Below are positions 30,502 through 40,567 of a stretch of 64,000 bases of DNA, piece after piece. A program made the position numbers and the translations under genes. The notes under the pieces were generated by a model, which worked only from the letters and a program-made list of their open reading frames with translations, ran no database searches and was not told where the DNA came from. Numbering within the stretch: the first letter of the stretch is position 1; each line of letters opens with the position of its first letter. This stretch comes from Acidimicrobiales bacterium. GTDB lineage: Bacteria; Actinomycetota; Acidimicrobiia; Acidimicrobiales; JBBRKR01. The stretch spans positions 90,702-154,701 of the forward strand of contig JBBRKR010000002.1 of NCBI GenBank assembly GCA_038231795.1. Reading direction: 5' to 3'.

Positions 30502-31598
30502 TGAAAGAGCCTGGATACCGCAAACCGAAAACCGCCACGGGGTCTAAACCAGGCTCGGCCAAGTTCGCCGCCGGGCGGCCATCAGCCGGAAAACCAGCCG
30601 ATGCACCAACGGCGCCTGCTCGCAAACGGGGCACGCCCGGTCAGTTCACGAAGGCCAAGCCCGGCAAGCCGTTGTCGATCGCAGCCCAAAAAGCCATCGC
30701 CGGAAAGCTCGATCGTCAACAAAAATCGAGTGATTTCGGCCGGCGTGATGCCGACGACCGCCAACGCGGGCTCGCTCAAGCACGTCGTTCCTCCAACGCT
30801 TCTCGCCCGCTTTCCGAAGGCCGCGGCGGACGTGATGAGGGCCTGGGTGGCGAGCAGGTTGAGGGCCGTCAAGCAGTGCGCGAGTTGCTACTGGCGGGTA
30901 CCCGTCGTACCCGCGAAATCTGGATTGCCGAAGATATCGATCCGGCACCAATTCTGGAAGACATCATCGAATTAGCAGAAGAATCACGAGTGATCGTAAA
31001 GCACGTTGGGCGTCGTCAAATTGAAAACGCGGCCCGCACCGACGCCCCCCAAGGTGTCATAGCGTTCGCCAATTCGCTACAGCCAGTTGAGCTTGATGAG
31101 CTCGCCATTCGCGAGCCAGGGCGCCCGGCGCCGTTCCTCCTGGCATTGGATGGAGTAACTGACCCTGGAAACCTGGGTGCAGTGCTTCGCAGTGCAGAGT
31201 GCGCTGGAGTCACTGGCGTGATTCTGCCCAAACATCGCGCCGTACACATCACCCCCACCGTTGCCAAGACGGCTGCGGGTGCCATCGAGCATTTGCCGAT
31301 GGCCATGGTGGGTGGCTTGCCGAATGCGCTACGGCGCTTGAGCGAGCTTGGCGTGTGGTCGATCGGCCTCGACGCGGCTGCCGACATTTCGTTGCATCAA
31401 CTCACCGGAACCGATGCCCCCGTGGTGCTGGTGCTCGGTGCCGAGGGCGCTGGTCTGAGCCGGTTGGTGCGCGAGCGCTGCGATTCTGTGTGCTCGATTC
31501 CTATGGCCGGTCGCCTTGATTCGCTCAACGTAAGCGTGGCAGGGGCATTGGCTTGTTTCGAAGTAGCACGAGGGCGTCAGCGCAAAACAGTGGAGTAG
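30498..31598 (+). CDS. rlmB: 23S rRNA (guanosine-2'-O)-methyltransferase RlmB (SpoU/TrmH family) with basic N-terminal extension
   Basis: 366 aa. The SpoU substrate-binding and methylase domains are present (DGVTDPGNLGAVLRSA, SLNVSVA). The N-terminal roughly 110 aa are Lys/Arg/Ala/Pro-rich. Confidence 0.8.
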   Translation: MMKEPGYRKPKTATGSKPGSAKFAAGRPSAGKPADAPTAPARKRGTPGQFTKAKPGKPLSIAAQKAIAGKLDRQQKSSDFGRRDADDRQRGLAQARRSSNASRPLSEGRGGRDEGLGGEQVEGRQAVRELLLAGTRRTREIWIAEDIDPAPILEDIIELAEESRVIVKHVGRRQIENAARTDAPQGVIAFANSLQPVELDELAIREPGRPAPFLLALDGVTDPGNLGAVLRSAECAGVTGVILPKHRAVHITPTVAKTAAGAIEHLPMAMVGGLPNALRRLSELGVWSIGLDAAADISLHQLTGTDAPVVLVLGAEGAGLSRLVRERCDSVCSIPMAGRLDSLNVSVAGALACFEVARGRQRKTVE

Positions 31599-31617
31599 GT
31601 CACGCCCAACAACTAGG

Positions 31618-31693
31618 TGGAGCCCGAAGACGGATTTGAACCGACGACCTGCCGCTTACAAGGCGGCTGCTCTACCAGCTGAGCTATTCGGGC
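31618..31693 (-). tRNA. tRNA-Thr (anticodon UGU), CCA encoded
   Basis: I folded the cloverleaf by hand from the reverse complement gcccgaatagctcagctggtagagcagccgccttgtaagcggcaggtcgtcggttcaaatccgtcttcgggctcca. It has a 7-bp acceptor stem, an anticodon stem gccgc/gcggc, the loop cTTGTAa, and a TTCAAAT T-loop with one U-U mismatch in the T stem. Confidence 0.85.
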
Positions 31694-31793
31694 GAAGTTG
31701 CCATAGTAACCGGCGCGTATGCGTGAATTCGACCACGTTTCACGACTACGATCGGCCGCACAAGCCCCACCCCACTACGGAAAGGTGCTCTAC

Positions 31794-32393
31794 ATGAGTT
31801 CCGATCAAAACTCCGAAGACTTTTATGGTCGAGGCAACAACGCCGCCGCCGGCCGAGGTATAGCCCTGGTTGTTGTAGCTATTGCAGTTGGCTTGGCAGT
31901 TTTAAAATGGGGTCTCGACGACACCAGCACGGCTGGTACCGCACCCGCCAAAATCACCACGACGACGGCTGCCAAAACCACAACCACGCCTCCACCTGGT
32001 GGTGTGACAACCCTGGATCCCAATGCGACCCCGTCAACGTCGTCGGTGATACCGCAAGCAGCCCTGCGTGATCCATCGCTGGTAGCTGTTCAGGTGGCGA
32101 ACGGATCTGGCCAGAACGGAGTTGGTAGCCAGTACTCGACGCAGCTCACAACGGCGAACTACGTGGCAAAAAAGGCCAAGACTGGCAAGGCCACAACCAC
32201 GTCGGTTGTGTACTACAAGGAGACCTACCAGCAGGAGGCAGTGGTAGTAGCGACCCTGTTGAAGATTCCCGTCACCAGCGTGCTACCGGTACCACCCGAA
32301 GGTCTCGCTGGTAAGGACGAAGACTTGATGGCTGACAAGCCCAACATCGTGGTGATCATCGGGAGCGATCTGGTTCCCGCAACAAACGGGTAG
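31794..32393 (+). CDS. LytR C-terminal domain-containing membrane protein
   Basis: I moved the start to the ATG at 31794 (GGAAAGG upstream). It has one TM helix, a Thr-rich linker and a LytR_C-like segment (VAVQVANGSGQNGVGSQ...VVYYKETYQQEA). Confidence 0.6.
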   Translation: MSSDQNSEDFYGRGNNAAAGRGIALVVVAIAVGLAVLKWGLDDTSTAGTAPAKITTTTAAKTTTTPPPGGVTTLDPNATPSTSSVIPQAALRDPSLVAVQVANGSGQNGVGSQYSTQLTTANYVAKKAKTGKATTTSVVYYKETYQQEAVVVATLLKIPVTSVLPVPPEGLAGKDEDLMADKPNIVVIIGSDLVPATNG

Positions 32394-32413
32394 TACCTCG
32401 CGTCGAAAACCCG

Positions 32414-33397
32414 ATGAAGGTCTTAGTAGCCCCCGATAAATTCCGGGGCACAGTTTCAGCTCGGCAAGTGTGCGTTGCCGTCGAACGCGCCGCCAGCCAC
32501 TTAGGCCACACGTGCGCGAGTCAACCAATGGCCGATGGCGGAGAAGGCACGCTTGAGGCGCTTGGCGGTGCCAATCGCACGTCGGATGTAAGGGGCCCCC
32601 TTGGTTTGCCGGTGCGCGCTGCGTGGCGATATTCAGACCGGGTGGCTGTCATCGAAATGGCGGCTGCATCGGGACTGAGTTTGGCCGGTGGCGCAACGCG
32701 AAATTCGCCGCTTGATGCCACTACCTACGGCACCGGTGAATTGATCCGTCACGCGCTTGCGGCGCGGGCGACCAAGATCATTGTGTGTCTTGGCGGCTCG
32801 GCCACCACAGACGGCGGCTGGGGCGCGATCGAAGCGGTTGGTGGAGTGCACAGGCTCAAGGGCGTGGAGCTTGTCGTGGCGTGCGACGTTGACACGTTGT
32901 TCGTTGCCGCGGCTGAGGTGTTTGGGCCGCAGAAGGGAGCCACCGCGGTCCAAGTGCGGCTCCTCACGCGCCGGTTGGAGACGGTGGCCGATGGCTTTAT
33001 GAGTCAGTTCGGCGTCGATGTGCGCAACACACCGGGCGCTGGCGCAGCGGGCGGACTGGCTGGCGCTCTACTCGCCATAGGAGGCGTGCTGCATCCAGGC
33101 TTCGACGTGGTGGCCGATCATGTTGGTCTCGGCGAATTGATCGACGATGCCGATTTCGTGATCACGGGAGAAGGTCATCTAGATCAGGAAAGTTTCAACG
33201 GCAAAGTGGTCGGCGGCGTGGCTGCCATGTGCGCGGCTCGCGGCGTGAAGTGTGCGGCCATTGTGGGCGCTGCCGACGACGATGCCGCGGGTTTGATCGA
33301 CCATGTGTCGCTGGTGGAAATGTTCGGGCACGACCAAGCAATGTGGGCCACCCAAGCGTGCATCGAAGATGCCGCACTTGCCCTATTGCGTGGGTAG
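32414..33397 (+). CDS. glycerate kinase
   Basis: 327 aa with the motifs MKVLVAPDKFRGTVSA, ADGGEGT and ITGEGHLDQES. It is compact compared with typical family members. Confidence 0.8.
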   Translation: MKVLVAPDKFRGTVSARQVCVAVERAASHLGHTCASQPMADGGEGTLEALGGANRTSDVRGPLGLPVRAAWRYSDRVAVIEMAAASGLSLAGGATRNSPLDATTYGTGELIRHALAARATKIIVCLGGSATTDGGWGAIEAVGGVHRLKGVELVVACDVDTLFVAAAEVFGPQKGATAVQVRLLTRRLETVADGFMSQFGVDVRNTPGAGAAGGLAGALLAIGGVLHPGFDVVADHVGLGELIDDADFVITGEGHLDQESFNGKVVGGVAAMCAARGVKCAAIVGAADDDAAGLIDHVSLVEMFGHDQAMWATQACIEDAALALLRG

Positions 33398-33407
33398 CGA
33401 ACTGCGC

Positions 33408-34289
33408 CTAGCGGGCGTGACGTTCTCGGTACTCAGCGAGTGAACACAATGGTGGACGTTCCGTCATCGACACGAGAAGTTCCGTGTCGTCGGCCATCCG
33501 AAGGGGGCGCACTGCCTCAGGCATTGGTACTCCAGCTCGAACGATGATCGTCTGCATGACCGCCATAGCCATGGGACCCAATTCGGCGAGTGGCCGATTG
33601 CGATGCACTCGCAAACCAAGGTCCACTTGGGTCATTGATTCAACGCTGAACTTTTTGGCGATATCGATGAGAAGCGCCACGTCGACTCCGTAGCCCTGAG
33701 CAAATGAGACTGCTTCGAGCACCCGTCGACGCCCAGCGTATTCACCGGCCAACGGCTGTACGAGATGACTGAGTTCGGGGAAATACAACGACAACAGTGG
33801 TCGTGCCACGAGTTCGGTAACTCTGCCGCCGCCGAGTGCCATGCCGTTGTAGTTACGTTCGTAAAACCCTTTGACGAAATTTATGGTTGGGTCGGTGAGC
33901 AGTGGGCCAAGTAGGCCGAGCACGAAATGGGCACCGAAGTTGGTCACGTCGGCATCGCACCACACGATGATGTCGCCGGTCGACGCGTGTACTGATTTCC
34001 ATAGTGCTTCGCCTTTTCCAGCACCAGGGCCACACGACTCAAGCACGTCTTGTACGGCCACCACGGTGGCTCCTGCCATGCGTGCCACGGCCGAGGTGTG
34101 ATCGGTCGAATGGTCATCGATCACGATTACTTCGTCGATCAATCCATTGAGTTCTGCTCGGATAATCGTGACGATGGCAGCCACTGTGGCTTCTTCGTTT
34201 CGGGCAGGCAGGCACACCGAAATTCGTTGCGTACCCTTGGCCGCCATCAGCGATGCCAACGTGAACTCGCTGTGCTGTCGCTTCAACAT
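33408..34289 (-). CDS. glucosyl-3-phosphoglycerate synthase-like glycosyltransferase (GT-A fold)
   Basis: 293 aa with ISVCLPARNEEATV and the DxD-type motifs VIDDHSTD and CDADV. The resemblance to actinobacterial GpgS is from memory. Confidence 0.6.
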   Translation of the reverse strand: MLKRQHSEFTLASLMAAKGTQRISVCLPARNEEATVAAIVTIIRAELNGLIDEVIVIDDHSTDHTSAVARMAGATVVAVQDVLESCGPGAGKGEALWKSVHASTGDIIVWCDADVTNFGAHFVLGLLGPLLTDPTINFVKGFYERNYNGMALGGGRVTELVARPLLSLYFPELSHLVQPLAGEYAGRRRVLEAVSFAQGYGVDVALLIDIAKKFSVESMTQVDLGLRVHRNRPLAELGPMAMAVMQTIIVRAGVPMPEAVRPLRMADDTELLVSMTERPPLCSLAEYRERHAR

Positions 34290-34433
34290 TGTGTATGTAT
34301 ACCCGTTAGATGCCCGCGTTCCAAACGGAGTGAAGGGAAACTTTGTCTGTCCCGCTACGATTGTTGAGCGGTTTAGTCAACAATTGATTTGGTCGCGGTA
34401 ACCTTCGGCATCCCGTTAGCTTTTGGAGCACAC

Positions 34434-34712
34434 ATGAGCGCAAAAATTCGTATCCCTACCACGCTTCGCCCTGCCACAGGCGGGGTGGCCGAGGTCGAGG
34501 TAGAGGCTGGCACATTGGCGGCCGTGCTCGATGGCTTGGAATCTCAACACCCCGGGTTCAAGTCGCGGATTTTTGACGATGAGGGCGGCCTGCGCAGATT
34601 CGTGAACGTGTTCGTTGGCGATGAAGATGTTCGCTACACCGGTGGTTTGGATACCGACGTTCCTGATGGTGAAACAGTCGCCATCATCCCCGCCGTGGCC
34701 GGCGGCTTTTAA
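34434..34712 (+). CDS. MoaD/ThiS/CysO-family sulfur carrier protein, C-terminus GGF
   Basis: I moved the start to the ATG at 34434 (GGAG upstream). The 92-aa protein has IPTTLRPATGG ... RFVNVFVGDEDVRYTGG ... IIPAVAGGF. It closely resembles mycobacterial CysO as I remember it, with one extra Phe after the GG. Confidence 0.75.
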   Translation: MSAKIRIPTTLRPATGGVAEVEVEAGTLAAVLDGLESQHPGFKSRIFDDEGGLRRFVNVFVGDEDVRYTGGLDTDVPDGETVAIIPAVAGGF

Positions 34713-34761
34713 CCGCCCCAACGCCCGCCCCAACGCAGCTGGCAACATCCCATCGGGCAGA

Positions 34762-35670
34762 TTAGGCGGCCCGAAAAACTCCTGGTCCGATTTCCAACAC
34801 CGCGCTGTTGCGCATCAATCGAGTGACATGCATGCGGGCCGATGTACGTTCTACGTCGTCGGCAAACAAAATCTCGACGCCGGGCCGGTAGATAAATCGA
34901 TGTTGCACCATCTCTTCAATCGTGTGCGGTTCCGCCAGGTACGCCAACATTCGGCGATCACGGTCGGGGATCACGGCGGCGAACCTATCGAGAGCCGTTA
35001 AGAAATCGGCTCGCCCATCTATTACGCCTTTGTGGTGAAACGTCACGAAGTGCTTGGCGTCGATGTGGCGGCAGGCCTCGATCGATCGTTCGAAATCTTC
35101 AAGATCGCTCCAATGGTCTCCGTAGTACGGACCGAATGCCGATAGGTCGATATCGGCCACAAAAAATACGCCGTCGGGTTCGATCAAAAATCCGCTATGC
35201 CCTCGTGTGTGCCCAGGCAAATGAATCACGCGAACCGTCACTCCTCCGAGGTCAAAGACTGCTCCGTCTTCAAACGAGCTGGCACTAGGGCGCGGGGTGA
35301 AATGGAACTTCGACAGGATCTCGGCTTCCCATTGCTCCCGCACGCCTGGTGCCATCCCGTAGATATTGAGAAACCCCTCCAGTGATGCAATGCCAGGGTG
35401 ATCGGCTGTATGGATGTTGACAGTCGCCGAACCGCACATATGGGTGCCGCAGAAGTGGTCCTCATGCGCATGGCTAATGAGCACGTGATCGACGTGATCG
35501 GCAGGCACCCCGCCCCGCTCCACGACGCTGAGCGACGGGTCAATTACGACGGTTCCGTGGCTGCCTTGCACAAGCACAGAATTACCGTTCGGGTACTTGC
35601 CGTTGTCGGCTCCCATGAGCACACCGACGTGGCCAATTCGGCGATCGCTATCTAGCCACGGTGCCGTCAT
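34762..35670 (-). CDS. MBL fold metallo-hydrolase
   Basis: 302 aa with the HxHxDH motif (SHAHEDH). It overlaps the upstream FAD oxidoreductase gene by 4 nt. Confidence 0.75.
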   Translation of the reverse strand: MTAPWLDSDRRIGHVGVLMGADNGKYPNGNSVLVQGSHGTVVIDPSLSVVERGGVPADHVDHVLISHAHEDHFCGTHMCGSATVNIHTADHPGIASLEGFLNIYGMAPGVREQWEAEILSKFHFTPRPSASSFEDGAVFDLGGVTVRVIHLPGHTRGHSGFLIEPDGVFFVADIDLSAFGPYYGDHWSDLEDFERSIEACRHIDAKHFVTFHHKGVIDGRADFLTALDRFAAVIPDRDRRMLAYLAEPHTIEEMVQHRFIYRPGVEILFADDVERTSARMHVTRLMRNSAVLEIGPGVFRAA

Positions 35671-37130
35671 GCTGATGCACCGATGAGTTCCATAAGTTCG
35701 GCTCGTGGCGGACCAAACGTGGGCTCTGGTCCCCGCTCGTCACGGGCGTTCCACACCGCCAAAACGCGGGCCTGCACTTCGGGATTCGAGATAAGCGTGT
35801 CGGGCGCGTCGAGCAAATTGAATGCTCGAAAAAATGCCCGCAGGACTACGGCGTCGATGCGAAGGGCGGGGAAGAGTCCCTCTCGAAGTACCGACCGCAT
35901 GAACGTGCGTGGGTCGTTGGGGTCGCCATCGGGATTTGTGCCGTTGAGTATTGCGCTGGAGACCCGGCGGGCCTCGCCGTCTTGGGCTACAGAGCTGCGG
36001 TAGTGCGGCTCCACCTCACTCACCACGGCCGCGTGGTAGGCGATTGCTTGTGCCACGAGGTCATCTGGGTGATCGGCAATGGCCTGGGCAGCGAGGTAGG
36101 CCGTCCAAAAGCCGGTTGAGCAACCCCGGCCGTAGAGGGGATTGGTGCATAGCCGGGCGTCGCCAATGGGTAACACTCCAGTGGCGATGGGGAGCCCGTC
36201 GGCCACGAATACTCGAAGGCGATTGAGGAGGCCAGCCATCGATTGGACGGGCGTAATGGGCTCTGCCCTGCCGCTCTCGACCCACTTTGCCGTGGCCGGC
36301 AAGTTCGCCGCGATTGAGGCGAATACTGACTCGTTAGTTAACAATTTCCGCAACTCGACATCTTCTGTACTGGTAGCCAAGGTGATGCTGAACGTGCGAT
36401 TGTCGCCCACAAAAACGCCGTACTTGAGGTAGCCCAAATCTCCTCCGATGCCGCCCTCGGCAGTCGGGAAATCTTGGCCGTCATTCAAACGATAGAACTG
36501 TGAGAAATAGACAATGCCTGTGTCTTGAACTTCTTCGGGTTGGGTGACGGCCCCGATGGCTTCAAGCCATTCTGGTAACGCCGAGCGGCGGCCATTGGCC
36601 ACGATTACGAGGTCGCTTTCGAGCACACGACCGTCATCGAGGGTGACACCAGTAACTCGCGGAATATTTGCGCCTTCGTTCGCAGCGGCCACGAGGCCGA
36701 CAACACCACTACCAGTTGCGATGTTGACAGCGCCTTCTTCTACGACGATTTTGCGTAGCACCCACTCAAACGTGGTGCGCCGGCAGGCCAACAACCCGAG
36801 ATCGCTATCTGATGGTTCTGGCACGTAATTGGTGACGGTGGGAGCCATATTTTCGCCGAATCGCATCTCGGTGGCACCAGCCGCCAAGAGCGCTTCGAGC
36901 ACGTCGGGGTAGTGGTCGCGCAGGAGGTTTCGCAGTCGAGCCAGGAATGCATGGCTGTGACGCACCTGCGGGGCTCCTCTGCGATCCCACTCGAAGGCTT
37001 CGTCGGCCGTGTTTGGCAAAGGGGTGTCGTCGCGTTCGATGACGGTTACCTGGTGATCGGCTCTGGAAAGCATAAGTGCAGCTCCAAGCCCTGAAACGCC
37101 TCCACCAACCACGATAATGTGCATAGACAC
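35667..37130 (-). CDS. FAD-dependent oxidoreductase
   Basis: 487 aa with an N-terminal Rossmann dinucleotide motif (IIVVGGGVSGLGAALML...VTVIERDD). Confidence 0.7.
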   Translation of the reverse strand: MSMHIIVVGGGVSGLGAALMLSRADHQVTVIERDDTPLPNTADEAFEWDRRGAPQVRHSHAFLARLRNLLRDHYPDVLEALLAAGATEMRFGENMAPTVTNYVPEPSDSDLGLLACRRTTFEWVLRKIVVEEGAVNIATGSGVVGLVAAANEGANIPRVTGVTLDDGRVLESDLVIVANGRRSALPEWLEAIGAVTQPEEVQDTGIVYFSQFYRLNDGQDFPTAEGGIGGDLGYLKYGVFVGDNRTFSITLATSTEDVELRKLLTNESVFASIAANLPATAKWVESGRAEPITPVQSMAGLLNRLRVFVADGLPIATGVLPIGDARLCTNPLYGRGCSTGFWTAYLAAQAIADHPDDLVAQAIAYHAAVVSEVEPHYRSSVAQDGEARRVSSAILNGTNPDGDPNDPRTFMRSVLREGLFPALRIDAVVLRAFFRAFNLLDAPDTLISNPEVQARVLAVWNARDERGPEPTFGPPRAELMELIGASA

Positions 37131-37155
37131 TAGGTTACTGGCAGAAATTTCTTGG

Positions 37156-38932
<1,777 letters not shown>

Positions 38933-38953
38933 GTTTGCCGCATAAAAGTGTGT

Positions 38954-38991
38954 GAATGGCCCGGGAGCGATCCCGGGCCATTCAGATTTTT
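38954..38991 (+). terminator. rho-independent terminator of groEL
   Basis: A 12-bp perfect stem (gaatggcccggg / cccgggccattc) with a 6-nt loop, followed by agattttt. Confidence 0.8.
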
Positions 38992-39073
38992 GTCACGAAG
39001 CTTGGTCTTTTGGGCGGGTGCAAAGTACGTGCACGGTGGGTTACGGGCGAGTGAACAAAGCTAAGGTCGCCGC

Positions 39074-39661
39074 GTGGCACGCATTTCCGATCCGGTCAAA
39101 CGGCTGGCATTGCTGGATGAGGTTGTGGCCTACCTGGCGTCCCATGGTTTAGGACCTTTGTCGATGCGGCCGCTAGCTGCCCACCTGGGAGTGAGCACGA
39201 ATCGCCTGGTTCACCATTTCGGTAGCAAGGAAGAACTCGTGGCCGCCGCGCTGGCTCGCGCTGAGGAGCAGCAACTCGCGGTTCGTGATCAATGGCTCGT
39301 CAAAGCCCCAAATTTGTCGCAAGCCGAGCAGCTCCGCAAATGGTGGGTCTGGCTGAACCGGTCGCCCCGCAACCTGGCGTTGGTGCGTCTTGGGCTTGAA
39401 GCAGTCGCCATCGATGCCACGTCGTCGGGAGTGCCTGGCGATGTGCGGGCCCGTCAGATCGGCGTGTGGCGCGTTGAGATCGAGCATGGCCTAACGCGCG
39501 CTGGTCTATCAAACGCCGAAGCAGAAATTGAGGCGTCGATTGTGAAGGCAATTTTCACTGGGTTGGTACTCGACCTGATTGCTAGTGGCGACAGGACAAG
39601 ACTCTCGGCAGCGTTGGAAGTGGCGTTGGCGCGCCTTGAGTCACGAGTTCTCCAGCCGTAG
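39074..39661 (+). CDS. TetR family transcriptional regulator
   Basis: 195 aa with a GTG start. The HTH region is LALLDEVVAYLASHGLGPLSMRPLAAHLGVSTNRLVHHFGSKEEL. Confidence 0.8.
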   Translation: MARISDPVKRLALLDEVVAYLASHGLGPLSMRPLAAHLGVSTNRLVHHFGSKEELVAAALARAEEQQLAVRDQWLVKAPNLSQAEQLRKWWVWLNRSPRNLALVRLGLEAVAIDATSSGVPGDVRARQIGVWRVEIEHGLTRAGLSNAEAEIEASIVKAIFTGLVLDLIASGDRTRLSAALEVALARLESRVLQP

Positions 39662-40510
39662 TTTCCGGAGCAATCGGGGCACATCGACTGGCTGCACGAT
39701 GGCTGCCCGAATTAAATCGTCGAAGTGTTCGATCATGGTGCGGACATGATCTTCCGAATTGACGACGAGAAACATCTGTCCCAAATACAGAGCCGCTCGA
39801 CGCACGCCGAAGATGGTGATGGGCGTGGAATAGCGCTGGCGACCGTCGAAGAGGAACCAACGGAAGTTGGGATAAATCTCGTCGAGTAGTTCGATCATGT
39901 GATCGACGGCGGCCAACCTTTTGCGCTTGTCGAATGTGGCCCAAATGCCTTCCCCACGTACAAATCCTTCGACAGATTGCACACTGCTACACGCTTCCAC
40001 ATCGGTGCCCGGACGGCGGGCCAAATCGAGTCGCGCCGCAGCTGTTTCCATTTGTTGTTCTGGCCGCACGGTGGCGAACTTGTTGAGTTCGTGGCGAATC
40101 ACAGCGTCTTGTTTGAGGAGGTCAGGAATAGTCATGGGTACGTATCGCACTTTGCTGCCGATGGCTTCGGTGAGCCACCCCATCAGCCGTTCGTCGTTGG
40201 GCGACAGAGCGTCTCGTTCAATCGACATTTGTTCGACCATCATTTCGGTTCGAGCCTGACCATCGTCGGAAAGCCCGAGAAGCCAATCGAGTGACACGCC
40301 TAGGGTCTGGGCGATAGCGGCCAACGTTTCTGCTCTCGGCAGTCGGTTGCTGTGCGGCGAGAGGAGCTGCGACAGGGTCGAACGGTCAATGCCAAGCTGG
40401 GCCGCGAATTGCCCCTGATTGAGAGGCTGCGTTGCCACGAGATGACGGAACCGGGTGTTGAATTGGTCCACAAATTGATTTGTCATACCATCATTATGAT
40501 GTATAAACAC
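39641..40510 (-). CDS. XRE family helix-turn-helix transcriptional regulator with uncharacterised C-terminal domain
   Basis: 289 aa from the GTG at 40510. An alternative ATG at 40486 (MTNQFVDQF) is more likely because the extra codons lie in AT-rich sequence. HTH: QFAAQLGIDRSTLSQLLSP...LAAIAQTLGVSLDWLLGLS. Confidence 0.7.
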   Translation of the reverse strand: MFIHHNDGMTNQFVDQFNTRFRHLVATQPLNQGQFAAQLGIDRSTLSQLLSPHSNRLPRAETLAAIAQTLGVSLDWLLGLSDDGQARTEMMVEQMSIERDALSPNDERLMGWLTEAIGSKVRYVPMTIPDLLKQDAVIRHELNKFATVRPEQQMETAAARLDLARRPGTDVEACSSVQSVEGFVRGEGIWATFDKRKRLAAVDHMIELLDEIYPNFRWFLFDGRQRYSTPITIFGVRRAALYLGQMFLVVNSEDHVRTMIEHFDDLIRAAIVQPVDVPRLLRKLRLENS

Positions 40511-40567
40511 AACAACGTGATGTAATTGTTCACAATGGGTGATGATGTAACCGATTTGTAACGGGGT

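Noticed and set aside
31618-31793. tRNA-Thr as a possible integration site for a genomic island
   Set aside because: There is no integrase, recombinase or phage gene on either side. I did not notice a direct repeat of the tRNA 3' end downstream. The flanking genes (rlmB, a LytR_C protein, glycerate kinase) are housekeeping-like.
39018-39034. GTGCA-N7-TGCAC inverted repeat upstream of the TetR gene at 39074 as a TetR operator
   Set aside because: The arms are only 5 bp. This is expected by chance in GC-rich DNA, and there is no supporting conservation information.
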